A stretch of 64,000 nt of DNA from Gemmatimonadota bacterium (GTDB lineage Bacteria > Gemmatimonadota > Gemmatimonadetes > Palauibacterales > Palauibacteraceae), in assembly GCA_963666735.1 (NCBI GenBank), contig OY762926.1, positions 3,616,001 through 3,680,000 on the forward strand, given 5' to 3'. Numbering within the stretch: the first letter of the stretch is position 1; each line of letters begins with the position of its first letter. Both the position numbers and the translations under genes were made by a program. Below, in pieces: positions 38,776 through 51,607 of the stretch. The notes under the pieces were generated by a model that searched no databases, was not told the DNA's origin, and saw nothing but the letters and a program-made list of their open reading frames with translations.

Positions 38776-40541
38776 CGCACGACACGGCAGTACTCATCGA
38801 CGAGAGACGGACCGGCCACGCCGGTCGCGGAGAGCCGCCGGTTCCGCCGGCGCGAACCATGTCGGGCGCGGAGGCCCTCGCCTCTTCCCTTGTCCGGGGC
38901 GGGGTGCGCGTCGTATTCGGCTACCCGGGCGGCGCGATCATGCCGGTCTACGACGCGCTGCTCGACTACGAGGACCAGCTTCGCCACGTCCTCGTACGCC
39001 ACGAGCAGGGGGCGATTCACGCGGCGCAGGGCTACGCGCGTGTGTCCGGAGAACCGGGCGTGTGCCTCACGACCTCCGGGCCGGGCGCCACGAACCTGAT
39101 CACCGGCATCGCCGACGCGAAGATGGACAGCACGCCGGTCGTCTGCATCACGGGCCAGGTCCCGTCGGCCCTGCTCGGCTCCGATGCGTTCCAGGAAACC
39201 GATGTGCTCTCCGTGAGCGCGCCGGTCACGAAGTGGAGTTGCAAGATCACGCGTCCCGAGGATATCCCGGCCGCGGTCTCCAGGGCGCTGTACATCGCCC
39301 GCACCGGACGCCCGGGCCCCGTCCTCATCGACATCACGAAGGACGCGCAGTTCGGCACGTTCGAGTACCGGCCGGTCGAGCACGAGCCCCGGGTCCGGGG
39401 TTACGACCCGCGGCCTCCGCTCGACGCGAAAGCCGTCGCGTCCGCGTGCCGCCTCATCGACCGGGCCCGCAAGCCTCTCGTCCTCGTGGGCCAGGGCGTC
39501 CTCCTGTCGGGGGCCCAGGAAGAACTTCGGCGCTTCGTCGAGCGGGCGGGACTTCCCTTCGCCTGCACGCTGCTCGGTCTCGGGGCCCTGCCCACCCGCC
39601 ATCCGCAATACGTCGGCCTGCTGGGGATGCACGGGAACTACGGGCCCAACATCAAGACGAACGACTGCGACCTGCTCATCGCGGCCGGGATGCGGTTCGA
39701 CGACCGCGTGACCGGCAGTCTCGCGAAGTACGCGCGGGGCGCTCAGGTCGTCCACGTGGATATCGATGCGTCCGAAATCGACAAGAACGTCCCGGCGGAC
39801 GTCGGGATCGTGGCGGACGCCAAGGAGGCGCTGGCCGCCCTCGCCACGGGCGTCGCGAGCGGGTCGCACGAGGCCTGGCTGGCCGAGTTCCGCGCCTGCG
39901 ACGAGATCGAGCGCGAACGTGTGATCGAGGGCGATCTCTTCCCCGATTCTCCCGGCATCCGGATGGCCGAGGTGATCCACCGGCTCTCCGAGCGCACGGA
40001 GGGCCGGGCGACGCTCATCGCCGACGTGGGGCAGCATCAGATGGCGGCGGCCCGCTACTACCGGTTCGACGAGGGCCACACGCTCGTCACCTCCGGCGGC
40101 GCGGGCACGATGGGCTACGCGCTGCCGGCGGCGATGGGCGCCGTCGTCGCCCGTCCGGACCGCGCGATCGTCGCGGTGATCGGCGACGGGGGCTTCCAGA
40201 TGACGCTTCAGGAACTCGGCGCCATCGTCCAGGAGGGCATCGCCGTCAAGGCGGTGATCCTGAACAACGGCTTCCTGGGGATGGTCCGGCAGTGGCAGGA
40301 GATGTTCTTCGCCCGCCGCTACTCCGCGATCGAACTGAAGAACCCGAACTTCGCGGAGGTCGCGGCGGCGTTCGGCATGGAAGGGCGGCAGGTGACGGAG
40401 AGGGGCGAAATCGACGACGCCATCGACGAGATGCTGGCGTCCGAGACCGCCTTTCTGCTCGAAGTCGTCGTCGAGCGGGAGGAGAACGTCTTCCCGATGG
40501 TGCCGGCCGGCGCGAGCTGTTCCGAGATCCGCCTCGAATAA
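38772..40541 (+). CDS. ilvB: Acetolactate synthase large subunit
   Basis: [53 protein letters not shown]. Confidence 0.95.
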   Translation: MTHDTAVLIDERRTGHAGRGEPPVPPARTMSGAEALASSLVRGGVRVVFGYPGGAIMPVYDALLDYEDQLRHVLVRHEQGAIHAAQGYARVSGEPGVCLTTSGPGATNLITGIADAKMDSTPVVCITGQVPSALLGSDAFQETDVLSVSAPVTKWSCKITRPEDIPAAVSRALYIARTGRPGPVLIDITKDAQFGTFEYRPVEHEPRVRGYDPRPPLDAKAVASACRLIDRARKPLVLVGQGVLLSGAQEELRRFVERAGLPFACTLLGLGALPTRHPQYVGLLGMHGNYGPNIKTNDCDLLIAAGMRFDDRVTGSLAKYARGAQVVHVDIDASEIDKNVPADVGIVADAKEALAALATGVASGSHEAWLAEFRACDEIERERVIEGDLFPDSPGIRMAEVIHRLSERTEGRATLIADVGQHQMAAARYYRFDEGHTLVTSGGAGTMGYALPAAMGAVVARPDRAIVAVIGDGGFQMTLQELGAIVQEGIAVKAVILNNGFLGMVRQWQEMFFARRYSAIELKNPNFAEVAAAFGMEGRQVTERGEIDDAIDEMLASETAFLLEVVVEREENVFPMVPAGASCSEIRLE

Positions 40542-40813
40542 TGGCTGCAGATACAGCTCGATACCGGGTGTCCGCGCTGACGGATCGGGACAGCGCGCTG
40601 CTCCTGCGCGTCATCGCGTGTCTGGGGCGTCACTGCATCGAGATCGAACGTTTCCGCTGCGAGACCCTGCCGGGCGCCGCCGCCTTCGAGCACGAGCTCG
40701 TCGTCCGGACGGAGAAGGACCGCATGCGGCGCGCGGCGAAACAGATCCGCGCCACGGTAGGGGTGGCGCGAGTAGACTATTGCGTCGTCGAGGACGACGA
40801 CGCGGATCGCTGA
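40541..40813 (+). CDS. ilvN: ACT-domain protein, probable acetolactate synthase small subunit
   Basis: 90 aa ACT-like pattern; ATG overlaps ilvB stop (TAATG); divergent sequence, called mainly on position. Confidence 0.6.
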   Translation: MAADTARYRVSALTDRDSALLLRVIACLGRHCIEIERFRCETLPGAAAFEHELVVRTEKDRMRRAAKQIRATVGVARVDYCVVEDDDADR

Positions 40814-40852
40814 CCAAAGACCCGCTGACAAGAACCGGCGGAGGGAGAGGTC

Positions 40853-41890
40853 GTGGCCAGAATACGTGTGGGCGATGCCGAAGAGACCGTAGTCACGCGG
40901 GAAGAGTGGCCGCTGGAGAAGGCGCGGGAGGCGCTGAGGGATGAGACGATCGCGGTGCTGGGCTACGGGGTCCAGGGCCCCGGGCAGGCGCTCAACCTGA
41001 GGGACAACGGATTCCGTGTGATCGTCGGACAGCGCAAGGGTTCCGGCTCCTGGGACCGGGCCGTCGCGGATGGATGGGTGGAGGGCGAGACGCTGTTCGA
41101 GATCGGGGAAGCGGCCCGGCGGGGCACCGTCCTCCAGTATCTCCTCTCCGACGCGGGTCAGATCGCGTGCTGGGAAGAGGTCAAGGCGCGGCTCACGCCC
41201 GGGAAATGTCTCTATTTCTCGCACGGTTTCGGCGTGACCTACCGGGAACTGACCGGAATCATCCCCCCCGCGGATGTCGACGTCGTGCTCGTGGCGCCCA
41301 AGGGGTCCGGCCTCTCGCTGCGGCGGCTGTTCGTTCAGGGAAAGGGCGTGAACTCGAGCTACGGCGTCTTCCGGGACGCGACGGGCCGGGCGCGGGAGCG
41401 GGCCATCTCGCTGGGGATCGGCGTCGGCTCCGCCTTCCTCTTCGAGACCGATTTCCAGCGTGAGGTGTGGTCCGATCTCACCGGCGAGCGCGGGATCCTC
41501 ATGGGCGCGATCGCCGGCGTCTTCGAGGCGCAGTTCGCGGTGCTGCGGAAGAACGGCCATTCCCCCTCGGAGGCCTTCAACGAGACGGTGGAGGAACTCA
41601 CCCAGAGCCTCATGCCGCTCGTGGCCGAGAACGGCATGGACTGGATGTACCGAAACTGCTCGACCACGGCGCAGCGCGGTGCGCTCGACTGGCGCCACAG
41701 ATTCCGCGAGGCCGTCACGCCGCTGTTCGACGAGCTCTATGAGAGCGTGAAGACGGGCGAGGAAGCCCGGGTCGTCATCGAGACGTGCGGCAGAGATGAC
41801 TATCGGGAGCGGCTCGGGGAGGAACTCGACGAGATGGCGAACTCGGAACTGTGGCGAGCCGGCAAGACGCTCCGCGAGCTGAGGCCCTGA
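40853..41890 (+). CDS. ilvC: Ketol-acid reductoisomerase
   Basis: AVLGYGVQG, FSHGF, VAPKGSG, SDLTGERG, EAFNETVEE, CSTTAQRGALDW. Confidence 0.93.
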   Translation: MARIRVGDAEETVVTREEWPLEKAREALRDETIAVLGYGVQGPGQALNLRDNGFRVIVGQRKGSGSWDRAVADGWVEGETLFEIGEAARRGTVLQYLLSDAGQIACWEEVKARLTPGKCLYFSHGFGVTYRELTGIIPPADVDVVLVAPKGSGLSLRRLFVQGKGVNSSYGVFRDATGRARERAISLGIGVGSAFLFETDFQREVWSDLTGERGILMGAIAGVFEAQFAVLRKNGHSPSEAFNETVEELTQSLMPLVAENGMDWMYRNCSTTAQRGALDWRHRFREAVTPLFDELYESVKTGEEARVVIETCGRDDYRERLGEELDEMANSELWRAGKTLRELRP

Positions 41891-41896
41891 CCCGGC

Positions 41897-44204
<2,308 letters not shown>

Positions 44205-44226
44205 GACCGCAAGGAGAGGAGGGAGT

Positions 44227-44660
44227 ATGGTAAGACAGCACGCCTGCTTCGCCGGGGTCGATTGGGCGCCAGAGACTCATCACGTCTGCTTTCCGTCCAT
44301 TCGATCAACCCGAAGCAACTTGATCGCTTCCGCGGCCGCTTCTCGCCCACCGGTGCCAAGAACGACAGCCGCGACGCCCGCGTCCTCGCCGACGCGCTCC
44401 GGACAGACGGCCACTGCATCCGCAGGATCAATCCCGTTGATCCTGCGGATGCCGAGTTGAGGGAGTGGTCGCGCATCGCGGAGGAACTGACGCGCGAACC
44501 CACTCGCCTGTCGAACCGGTTACGCGAGCAGCTCTGGCGCTACTAGCCGCAGATTCTCGAAGCTGCCGACAACATCGCCCAGCCCTGGTTCCTGGAGCTT
44601 TGGGCGCGGGTTCCCACGCCTGCCAAGGCGCGGCGGGTCCACCTCCACACCCGCCTTCCG
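44227..44660 (+). pseudogene. IS110-family transposase remnant
   Basis: FAGVDWA..HHVC, frameshift/deletion, then INPKQLDRFR..AKNDSRDARVLAD, NRLR; in-frame TAG at 44544-44546; C-terminal half absent. Confidence 0.8.
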
Positions 44661-44689
44661 TGTGGCGGACGCGACAGCGGAACCACGCA

Positions 44690-45229
44690 TCATCTGTGCC
44701 TCTTGTAGAGGAACCACCCGCCGACACCGATGCCGCCGGATACGACAACGTACGGCACGCAACGGCCTCCCAACCCATCGCTGGCGCAGGTAGCGCTGCC
44801 GTACAGGAAGTTGAGCCCCCCCACTACCATCATGCCGAGGCCTACGTACTTGAGCACAGGATCCTTCTCCTCCTGCTCCTGTCGGAAGTCCGCGAAGGCG
44901 CGCTGGAACGATGGTCGGCCCGGCAACGAAGTCGTCAGGGTCGGGCCGGCGGGGGTGGCACGCGAGGCGTTCAAGTCGGTCGTCGGATTCGATGGACGGA
45001 AGCGGCTCTGCGAACTAGAGAATCTCGGTGCCACCGCAACATTCCCGCTCCGCAGCGTGCTTGCAGGACTGCGGCTGAATGTGACGACGTGGGGAACCAG
45101 GAGCGCTCGGGCCGCGAGGGCGCGTGAGGCCTCTCCGGCGCCCGAGGACGGAACCGTCTGGGCGTCTGCGGGCACGGCCTCGAGCGCCGCCCCGACCATG
45201 AGGAGCCTGATGATGGTTCGGATTGGCAT
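44690..45229 (-). CDS. Hypothetical exported/membrane protein
   Basis: SD aggaga before ATG 45229; signal-peptide-like N-terminus ending ADA-Q; two C-terminal hydrophobic segments. Confidence 0.55.
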   Translation of the reverse strand: MPIRTIIRLLMVGAALEAVPADAQTVPSSGAGEASRALAARALLVPHVVTFSRSPASTLRSGNVAVAPRFSSSQSRFRPSNPTTDLNASRATPAGPTLTTSLPGRPSFQRAFADFRQEQEEKDPVLKYVGLGMMVVGGLNFLYGSATCASDGLGGRCVPYVVVSGGIGVGGWFLYKRHR

Positions 45230-45499
45230 TACTTTTCTCCTTATGGCTGTTGGGAAACCAGGGACAGTCGACTGAACCGTCGAACCGCAGCCCTTGGGTG
45301 GGCACCTCTCCGACGAAAAAGAGCACGGCTTGCGTCGGCGAGGGGGCGAACAGGCGGAGCGTGCCAGCTGTAGGGCGACGAGGAGGAGGGGAGAAACGGG
45401 GGCGGCAGCGCCGAAAACGCGCGTCAGGCTCGGCTCGAGCTTGGAGTTGCCCCGCTTTGACGGACACCTATCCATTGGGGTCAAGCAAGGAGGTGTTCC

Positions 45500-45814
45500 A
45501 TGGCGGGCCGGAAGGGGCGGTATCCATCCGAGTACAGGGAGCGGCTGGTGGAACTGGTGAGGGGCGGGCGTAGTGCCGCGTCACTCGCCCGGAAGTTCGA
45601 GCCGTCGGAGCAGACGATCCGGAACTGGGTCCGGCAGGCGGATGTGGACGAGGGGTTCCGTAGCGACGGGCTGACAACGGAGGCGCGCAGCGAGTTGCGG
45701 CGCCTGGAGCGGGAGAACAAGCGGCTCAGGATGGAGCGCGACATCCTAAAAAAAGCCGCGGCCTGGTTCGCGAGGGAGAGCGGATCGATCCCCGGCGGGG
45801 GTATGCGTTCATGA
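45500..45814 (+). CDS. IS3-family OrfA (HTH + coiled coil)
   Basis: YPSEYR..TIRNWVRQ..ELRRLERENKRLRMERDILKKAAAWF; A7G slippery site at 45748-45755. Confidence 0.9.
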   Translation: MAGRKGRYPSEYRERLVELVRGGRSAASLARKFEPSEQTIRNWVRQADVDEGFRSDGLTTEARSELRRLERENKRLRMERDILKKAAAWFARESGSIPGGGMRS

Positions 45815-46659
45815 GGGCGCACCGGGCCGAGTTCCCGCTTCGGGCCATGTGCCGGGTGCTGGGTCTCTCCCCCAGCGGCTACTACGACTGGTTGAGGCGT
45901 CCTCCCTCGGACCGCGCGCGTCGGGACGCGGAACTGGAGGCCCGGATCGCGAAGATATGGACCGGCAGCGGCGAGACGTACGGCCGTCCGCGGATCCACG
46001 CGGCGCTCAGGGCCGAGGGCGAGCGGGTGGGGCAGAAGCGCGTGGGGCGGCTGATGAGGGGGCTGGAGATCGAGGGCGCGACCAGGCGGCGCTTCAAGAC
46101 GGCGACGACGAAGAGGGATACCGAGGCCCGCCCCGCGCCGGACCTGGTGGACCGTGACTTCTCGGCCTCGGGGCCCGACGAGCTGTGGGTGGCCGACATC
46201 ACCTACGTCCCCACGTGGGCTGGCTGGCTGTATCTGGCCGTCGTGCTCGACGTCTGGAGCCGCCGCGTCGTCGGCTGGGCCATGGCGACGCACATGCGGA
46301 CCGAGCTCGTCGAGACCGCGCTGGCGATGGCTCTCGCAAGGCGTCGTCCCGAGGGTCGTGTCGTGCATCATTCCGACAGGGGCTCGCAGTACACCTCGCT
46401 CGCCTTCGGGGAGCGCTGCCGCGAGTCGGGCATCGCCCAGTCCATGGGCTCGGCGGGCGATGCGTACGACAACGCCATGTGCGAGAGCTTCTTCGCCACC
46501 CTCGAGTGCGAGCTGATCTGGAAGCGCTCGTTCCGCACGGCGGATGAGGCGCGACGGGAGGTCTTCGGCTTCATCGAGGGCTTCTACAACACCCGGCGGC
46601 TGCACTCGGCACTCGGCTACGAGTCGCCGGCCGACTACGAGAGCAACCATGCGGCCTGA
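45811..46659 (+). CDS. IS3-family OrfB (rve integrase core)
   Basis: YGRPRI, WVADITY, HHSDRGSQY, DNAMCESFF..LE.E, FYNTRRLHSALGY. Confidence 0.92.
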   Translation: MRAHRAEFPLRAMCRVLGLSPSGYYDWLRRPPSDRARRDAELEARIAKIWTGSGETYGRPRIHAALRAEGERVGQKRVGRLMRGLEIEGATRRRFKTATTKRDTEARPAPDLVDRDFSASGPDELWVADITYVPTWAGWLYLAVVLDVWSRRVVGWAMATHMRTELVETALAMALARRRPEGRVVHHSDRGSQYTSLAFGERCRESGIAQSMGSAGDAYDNAMCESFFATLECELIWKRSFRTADEARREVFGFIEGFYNTRRLHSALGYESPADYESNHAA

Positions 46660-47219
46660 GGCGCACCCGCGGCGCGCACCGACATCCTCTCCCGAGCGCC
46701 TGAGGGAGGCTGAAAGGAGAAGAACCGGAGGCGATCAACCACAGAAACTAACCGTCCGTGAAAGCGGGACAGCTCCAAGCTTAACGATGGGACCGAACGG
46801 AACGACATCGTGTCAACACCCTGTACGATGGTTTGTTCTCGGGCATGCCTGCCTCAGCGATCAAAGATAATCGAAACACCTCCATCCAAACAGAGTCTTG
46901 TCCAATGACAAGTGAGCCCGAGCAGGGATTCGGTCTCCAACGAGATGAGCCCGAAGCGTGGGGCGAAGAGATCATTGGAGCATGATCGTGACACTTCGCA
47001 CCGAACGGATTCAGACGCTCGACCAGATGCGCGCCTCCCGCTTTCGCGGCACGATCCAGCCAAGTCCAGCATAACGGACGAAAACGCAGATCGTGCAGTC
47101 CTGTTTGACTTTATACGATCCCCTGCCGAGAATCTGACCTTACGAGTTCCGCCGGGCCGGCGGGCGGCTACTGCTGTTCCGCGCAAGCCGGATCCGGCCA
47201 GGGAGGAAGGGAGGCAGGG

Positions 47220-47822
47220 ATGGGTGACCGAAAGCATGTGATCGCAGTGGTCCTCGCCGGCGCGCTCGCGGCCGGCTGCAGCGAGGGAACGACGGAGCCG
47301 ACCACCACGGCGGAGCCGCTTTCAGCGGCCGAGTCCATGGCGCTGTTCGAGGGGATGAGAGCGATTCAGCTGGATTCGACTTCCACGATCATCGGCGGCT
47401 CCGAGAGCAGCATCGTGTTCTCGTGTCCGCTCGGGGGACAGGTGAGCGTTGCGGGGACGTCCGTGGACGAGGCGATTGGGGACACCCTGAGGCTGGTGTC
47501 CGAGTTCACGGCCACCCCCGCCGGATGCGAGTTCTCGATCGACGGATTGCAGTTCGCCGTGGATGGCGCCCCGGATGTGCGCGAACGGACTGTCCTCGTC
47601 ATCGCCGGATTCCTTGAGCATTTCAGCCTCGAGGGCACGGTGGCGGGTCGGCTGGACTGGCGGCTCGACGACCGGTCCGGGTCGTGCGACATCGATCTTG
47701 TGCTGCGCGGGGAGCCCGACCTCTCCTCCATGGAACCGTCCGTGACCGGAACCCTGTCCGGCACGTTGTGCGACCACGAGGTCGAAATCGACGCGCAGGA
47801 CATTCCCGGCCCATCCGGCTGA
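47220..47822 (+). CDS. Hypothetical lipoprotein
   Basis: Hydrophobic signal and lipobox LAAGC; purine-rich SD-like sequence upstream; four further Cys. Confidence 0.65.
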   Translation: MGDRKHVIAVVLAGALAAGCSEGTTEPTTTAEPLSAAESMALFEGMRAIQLDSTSTIIGGSESSIVFSCPLGGQVSVAGTSVDEAIGDTLRLVSEFTATPAGCEFSIDGLQFAVDGAPDVRERTVLVIAGFLEHFSLEGTVAGRLDWRLDDRSGSCDIDLVLRGEPDLSSMEPSVTGTLSGTLCDHEVEIDAQDIPGPSG

Positions 47823-47901
47823 GCGACACCGGATCCGGTCTAGCGCCGACAGCCCCTCTTGAGCGGGTTGCCGGCGCAGCGCTTGCCGCCAGGCCCTTCT
47901 G

Positions 47902-49902
47902 CTAGACGACCTCGGCTCCGGCGCTCGCCGAGCGGACACCCGCGCGGGGCTCCGTGAACGGTTCGGGCGGGGGAGCGTCGGGGCCGCCATCCGATGGCAG
48001 ATCCGGCACCTCGCCCTTCCAGGCTTCGAGCGCGGCCTTCTGGAGGCCGACGATGTCACGTTCCATCCACTCGAAGCTGCCGGCCATGATGTCCTGGGCG
48101 ATGCGGTAGTCCGCCACGTCGTGGTTCGAGCGGATGCGGCGGAAGAGTTCGCCCACGCGGCGGCGTGACTCGGCCGCGAACGAATCGGCGAGGCGCGCGG
48201 CCTCCCGCGCCTCATCGCGGGCTCCCTCACCCTCCCGGCGCCGCAGCATGTCGGCACGCGTGACCGCGGCCGCGATCGCGAACAGTTCCGCGCCGATGTC
48301 GATGCAGCGGAAGAGCAGACCCTGGCGCCGCTCGAGCTTCGGGCCGTGGCGGAGCATGAGATGGAAGATCGTCCGCGCCAGCTTGCGGCTGTTGCGCTCG
48401 ACGAAACGCAGATGCTTCGCGAGGCGTCCGTGGCTCCCGAAGCGCGGCGGCAGGCTCCAGCCGGTCCACGTCGTCGGATACCAGGTGGCGTAGAACCACG
48501 CCGCCCGCGGGAGGGCCTTGAGCTTCGCGCCGAGGCCGAGCCGGGGGTCGACGAGGTCGCCCGCGATCTGGAGGTGCCGGTCCACGGCTTCGCGGGCCAT
48601 GAACAGGCGCAGGATCTCGCTCGACCCCTCGAAGATCCGGTTGATGCGGAAGTCGCGCAGCCAGCGTTCGACCGCGACGGGTTCTTCGCCTCGCGCCGTG
48701 AGCGAGTCCGCCGTCTCGTAGCCTCGTCCGCCCCGGACCTGCAACGCGTCGTCCACGAGTTGCCAGCCCGTCTCGGTGTTCCAGAGCTTCGCCATCGCGG
48801 CTTCGAGCCGGATGTCGTACCCGCCCCGGTCCGCCATCGACTGCGTGAGGTCGGCGATCGCGGACATGGCGTAGGTCCGCGTCGCGATCGAGGTCAGGTA
48901 GTGCGCGATCGTCTCGTGCTTTCCAACCGGCACGCCCCACTGGATCCGCTCCGCGCACCAGCGCCGGCACGCCTCGAGCGCGGCCTGGGCCCCGCCCACC
49001 GAGGACGCGGGGATCGTGAGCCGCCCCGTGTTCAGCGTCATGAGCGCGAGTTTGAGGCCGCTCCCTTCCTTCCAGAGAAGATTCTCCGCCGGAACGCGGA
49101 CGTTCCTGAAGCGGATGATCCCGTTCTCCAGCGCCTTGAGTCCCATGAAATGGCAGCGCCGCACGATCTCGACGCCCGGCCAGTCGCGCTCGACGATGAA
49201 GGCGGAGATGCGGCCCGTGTCGGGATGGCGGGCCATCACGACGTATAGTTCGGCCAGGGTGCCGTTCGTGCACCACAGCTTCTCGCCATTGAGGATGAAG
49301 GCGGACCCGTCTTCCGTGCGCTCGGCAGCGGTCGTGAGGCGGGCGGGGTCCGAACCCACGTCGTTCTCGGTGAGCGCGAAGGCGCTGACGGCGCCCTTCG
49401 CCAATCGGGGGAAGTACGCCTCTTTCTGTGCCTCGGTACCGAACATCTTGAGCGGCTGCCCCACGCCGATCGACTGATGGGCCGAGAGGAGGGCGACGAC
49501 GTTGCCATCCACGGAACCCACGACCCGCATCGCGTTGGCGTACTCCGTCTGGTTGAAGCCCAGTCCGCCGTACTTCTCCGGCACCTTGATGCCGAAGGCG
49601 CCGCGCTCGGCGAGCGCCCGCACGACCTCCGGCGGGATCTTTCCGTCCCGGTCGATGCCGTCCGAGTCCACCTCGTCCCGCAGGAAGACGCGCAGGTCCC
49701 CGGTCCACGCGCGGGCGCGCTCGGAGATGAAGTCGTGCGGGTCGGGATAGGGGTGAATCGCGTCGAGGCGGAGTTTCCCGAGAAAGAGGTTCCGGACGAA
49801 GGTGCGCCCCCTCCAGTCCGTCTCGCGCGCGGCCTCGGCGACCTTCCGGGCCTCGGCTTCGCTGACGTGGGGTTCTGCGCTCGCGTCTGTATGTGCGGAC
49901 AT
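47902..49902 (-). CDS. Acyl-CoA dehydrogenase (long, VLCAD-like)
   Basis: [46 protein letters not shown]. Confidence 0.92.
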   Translation of the reverse strand: MSAHTDASAEPHVSEAEARKVAEAARETDWRGRTFVRNLFLGKLRLDAIHPYPDPHDFISERARAWTGDLRVFLRDEVDSDGIDRDGKIPPEVVRALAERGAFGIKVPEKYGGLGFNQTEYANAMRVVGSVDGNVVALLSAHQSIGVGQPLKMFGTEAQKEAYFPRLAKGAVSAFALTENDVGSDPARLTTAAERTEDGSAFILNGEKLWCTNGTLAELYVVMARHPDTGRISAFIVERDWPGVEIVRRCHFMGLKALENGIIRFRNVRVPAENLLWKEGSGLKLALMTLNTGRLTIPASSVGGAQAALEACRRWCAERIQWGVPVGKHETIAHYLTSIATRTYAMSAIADLTQSMADRGGYDIRLEAAMAKLWNTETGWQLVDDALQVRGGRGYETADSLTARGEEPVAVERWLRDFRINRIFEGSSEILRLFMAREAVDRHLQIAGDLVDPRLGLGAKLKALPRAAWFYATWYPTTWTGWSLPPRFGSHGRLAKHLRFVERNSRKLARTIFHLMLRHGPKLERRQGLLFRCIDIGAELFAIAAAVTRADMLRRREGEGARDEAREAARLADSFAAESRRRVGELFRRIRSNHDVADYRIAQDIMAGSFEWMERDIVGLQKAALEAWKGEVPDLPSDGGPDAPPPEPFTEPRAGVRSASAGAEVV

Positions 49903-50127
49903 GCGGATCTTCCGTCTCTCGTGCCTCATTCGGTGACTCCGCCCCGGCGGGCGGCACCCTCGCAAACCTACCCCGCGCCATGCGTTCGCGACAAACCCGC
50001 GGGGTCACGCTTGCGCCGGCGGGAGAGGCGGGCGCGCGTGACCGGACGGGTCGCGTCATGTGGACCTCCCGTGATACCCTTGAGCCCCCGAAACGGCCCC
50101 CCGGCCAGATTCGAAAGGCCGCCGCGA

Positions 50128-51423
50128 GTGAACTCGACGCCTCGGAACCCCACCCTCGCGCGCCGGGAGATCGTCTCCTGGGCGCTGTACGACTTCGCCC
50201 ACTCGGCGTTCGGGACCATCGTCGTGACGTTCATCTTCTCCGCCTACTTCGCTCGCTCGATCGCGCCCGACCCGGTGCTGGGGGGTGTCTGGTGGACGCG
50301 CGCGGTCACCGTCTCCGCGATCACGACCGCGCTCATCATGCCGGTCGTCGGCGCGATGGGAGACTTCGGCGGCCTCAAGAAGCGGTTTCTGCTCATCGCA
50401 ACGGCGATCTGCGTCGCCCTGACCGCGGGCCTCTTCCGCATGGGGCCGGGCGATGCGTGGATCGCCGCGCTCGTGTTCATCGGGGCCAGCGTCGCCTACG
50501 AGTCGATGCAGTCGCTCGCCAACGCGTTCCTCCCCGAGATTTGCACGAGAGAGAACATGGGACGGATCTCCGGGCTGGGCTGGGGTCTCGGGTACTTCGG
50601 CGGCCTCCTCTGTCTGGCTCTGGCTCTGGGAATGGTCAGCGCCTGGCTGCCGGCCGATGGGGGGCTGAACGTGCGGGCCACGAACCTCCTCGCCGCCGGT
50701 TGGCTCCTCGTGTTCTCGATACCGACCTTTCTCTTCCTTCGCGAGCGGCAGCCCCGCCGCCGCGCGTCGCTTGGTACCTACGTGCGCGTGGGCTTCGGCC
50801 GCATCGCGGACACCGCCCGGAATCTGAGCCGCTACCGCCAGGCCGTCCGCCTTCTCGTCGCGCGCCTCGTCTACAACGACGGGCTCGCGACCGCCTTCGC
50901 CATGGCGGCGATCTTCGCCGGGGCCGAGTTCGGAATGGAAACGGCCGACCTCCTCATCCTCGGCATCGTCGTGAACGCGACGGCCGGCGCGAGCGCGATC
51001 GGTTTCGGGTTCGTGCAGGACCGGATCGGCGGCAAGCGAACGATCGCGGTCACGCTCGTGCTGCTGATGGTGGCGATCGCCATGGCATGGCTCGCTCGGG
51101 ATCTACCGATGTTCTGGGCCGCGGCCATACTTCTGGGGCTGATGGTCGGGCCGAACCAGGCGGGGAGCCGTGCCCTGCTCGGTTCGTTCGTCCCCGAGAA
51201 CAAGCAGGGCGAACTGTTCGGCTTCTACGCCTTCTCCGGCCGGCTTTCCGCAGCGGTGGGGCCGCTCTCCTACGGGCTCATTCTGGGGGCCACGGGCAGC
51301 CACAGATGGGCCATCGCCTCCATCCTCTTGTTTTTCGCCGCGGGGTTGCTGCTCCTGCTGCGGGTGGACGAGGAGGAGGGCGTGAAGCTGGCGGCGGCGG
51401 AGGGGGCTACGCGTTCCGATTGA
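50128..51423 (+). CDS. MFS transporter (UMF1/ATG22-like)
   Basis: SWALYDFA, GRISGLGWGLGYFGG, YNDG, SRALL..VP..GELFGFY; ~12 hydrophobic segments. Confidence 0.88.
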   Translation: MNSTPRNPTLARREIVSWALYDFAHSAFGTIVVTFIFSAYFARSIAPDPVLGGVWWTRAVTVSAITTALIMPVVGAMGDFGGLKKRFLLIATAICVALTAGLFRMGPGDAWIAALVFIGASVAYESMQSLANAFLPEICTRENMGRISGLGWGLGYFGGLLCLALALGMVSAWLPADGGLNVRATNLLAAGWLLVFSIPTFLFLRERQPRRRASLGTYVRVGFGRIADTARNLSRYRQAVRLLVARLVYNDGLATAFAMAAIFAGAEFGMETADLLILGIVVNATAGASAIGFGFVQDRIGGKRTIAVTLVLLMVAIAMAWLARDLPMFWAAAILLGLMVGPNQAGSRALLGSFVPENKQGELFGFYAFSGRLSAAVGPLSYGLILGATGSHRWAIASILLFFAAGLLLLLRVDEEEGVKLAAAEGATRSD

Positions 51424-51607
51424 TCAACTCTCCATTCCGCGACACGATCTCGGCATCGCGGCCCGTCGTCGGACCCGAGGGTCGCGGATACGCCACCACA
51501 CGTTGATCCGAGGGCCGGTCACTCGTTGCTCGGACCCCCTGCGCGAAGCACGTCGAGTTGGGAGCGCTTGCTTCGCCCGGCGGGAGTCGAGAGCTGGGAA
51601 CCCGGAG

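Larger units (their letters stand above)
45442..46777 (+). mobile_element. IS3-family insertion sequence, 1336 bp
   Basis: TG...CA ends; IR tggagttgccccgctttgacggac / gtccgtgaaagcgggacagctcca; 4-bp direct repeat AGCT at 45438-45441 and 46778-46781. Confidence 0.92.

Noticed and set aside
44205..44690. Functional IS110 bridge-RNA recombinase
   Set aside because: Transposase is deleted, stopped and truncated; no non-coding end long enough to recognise
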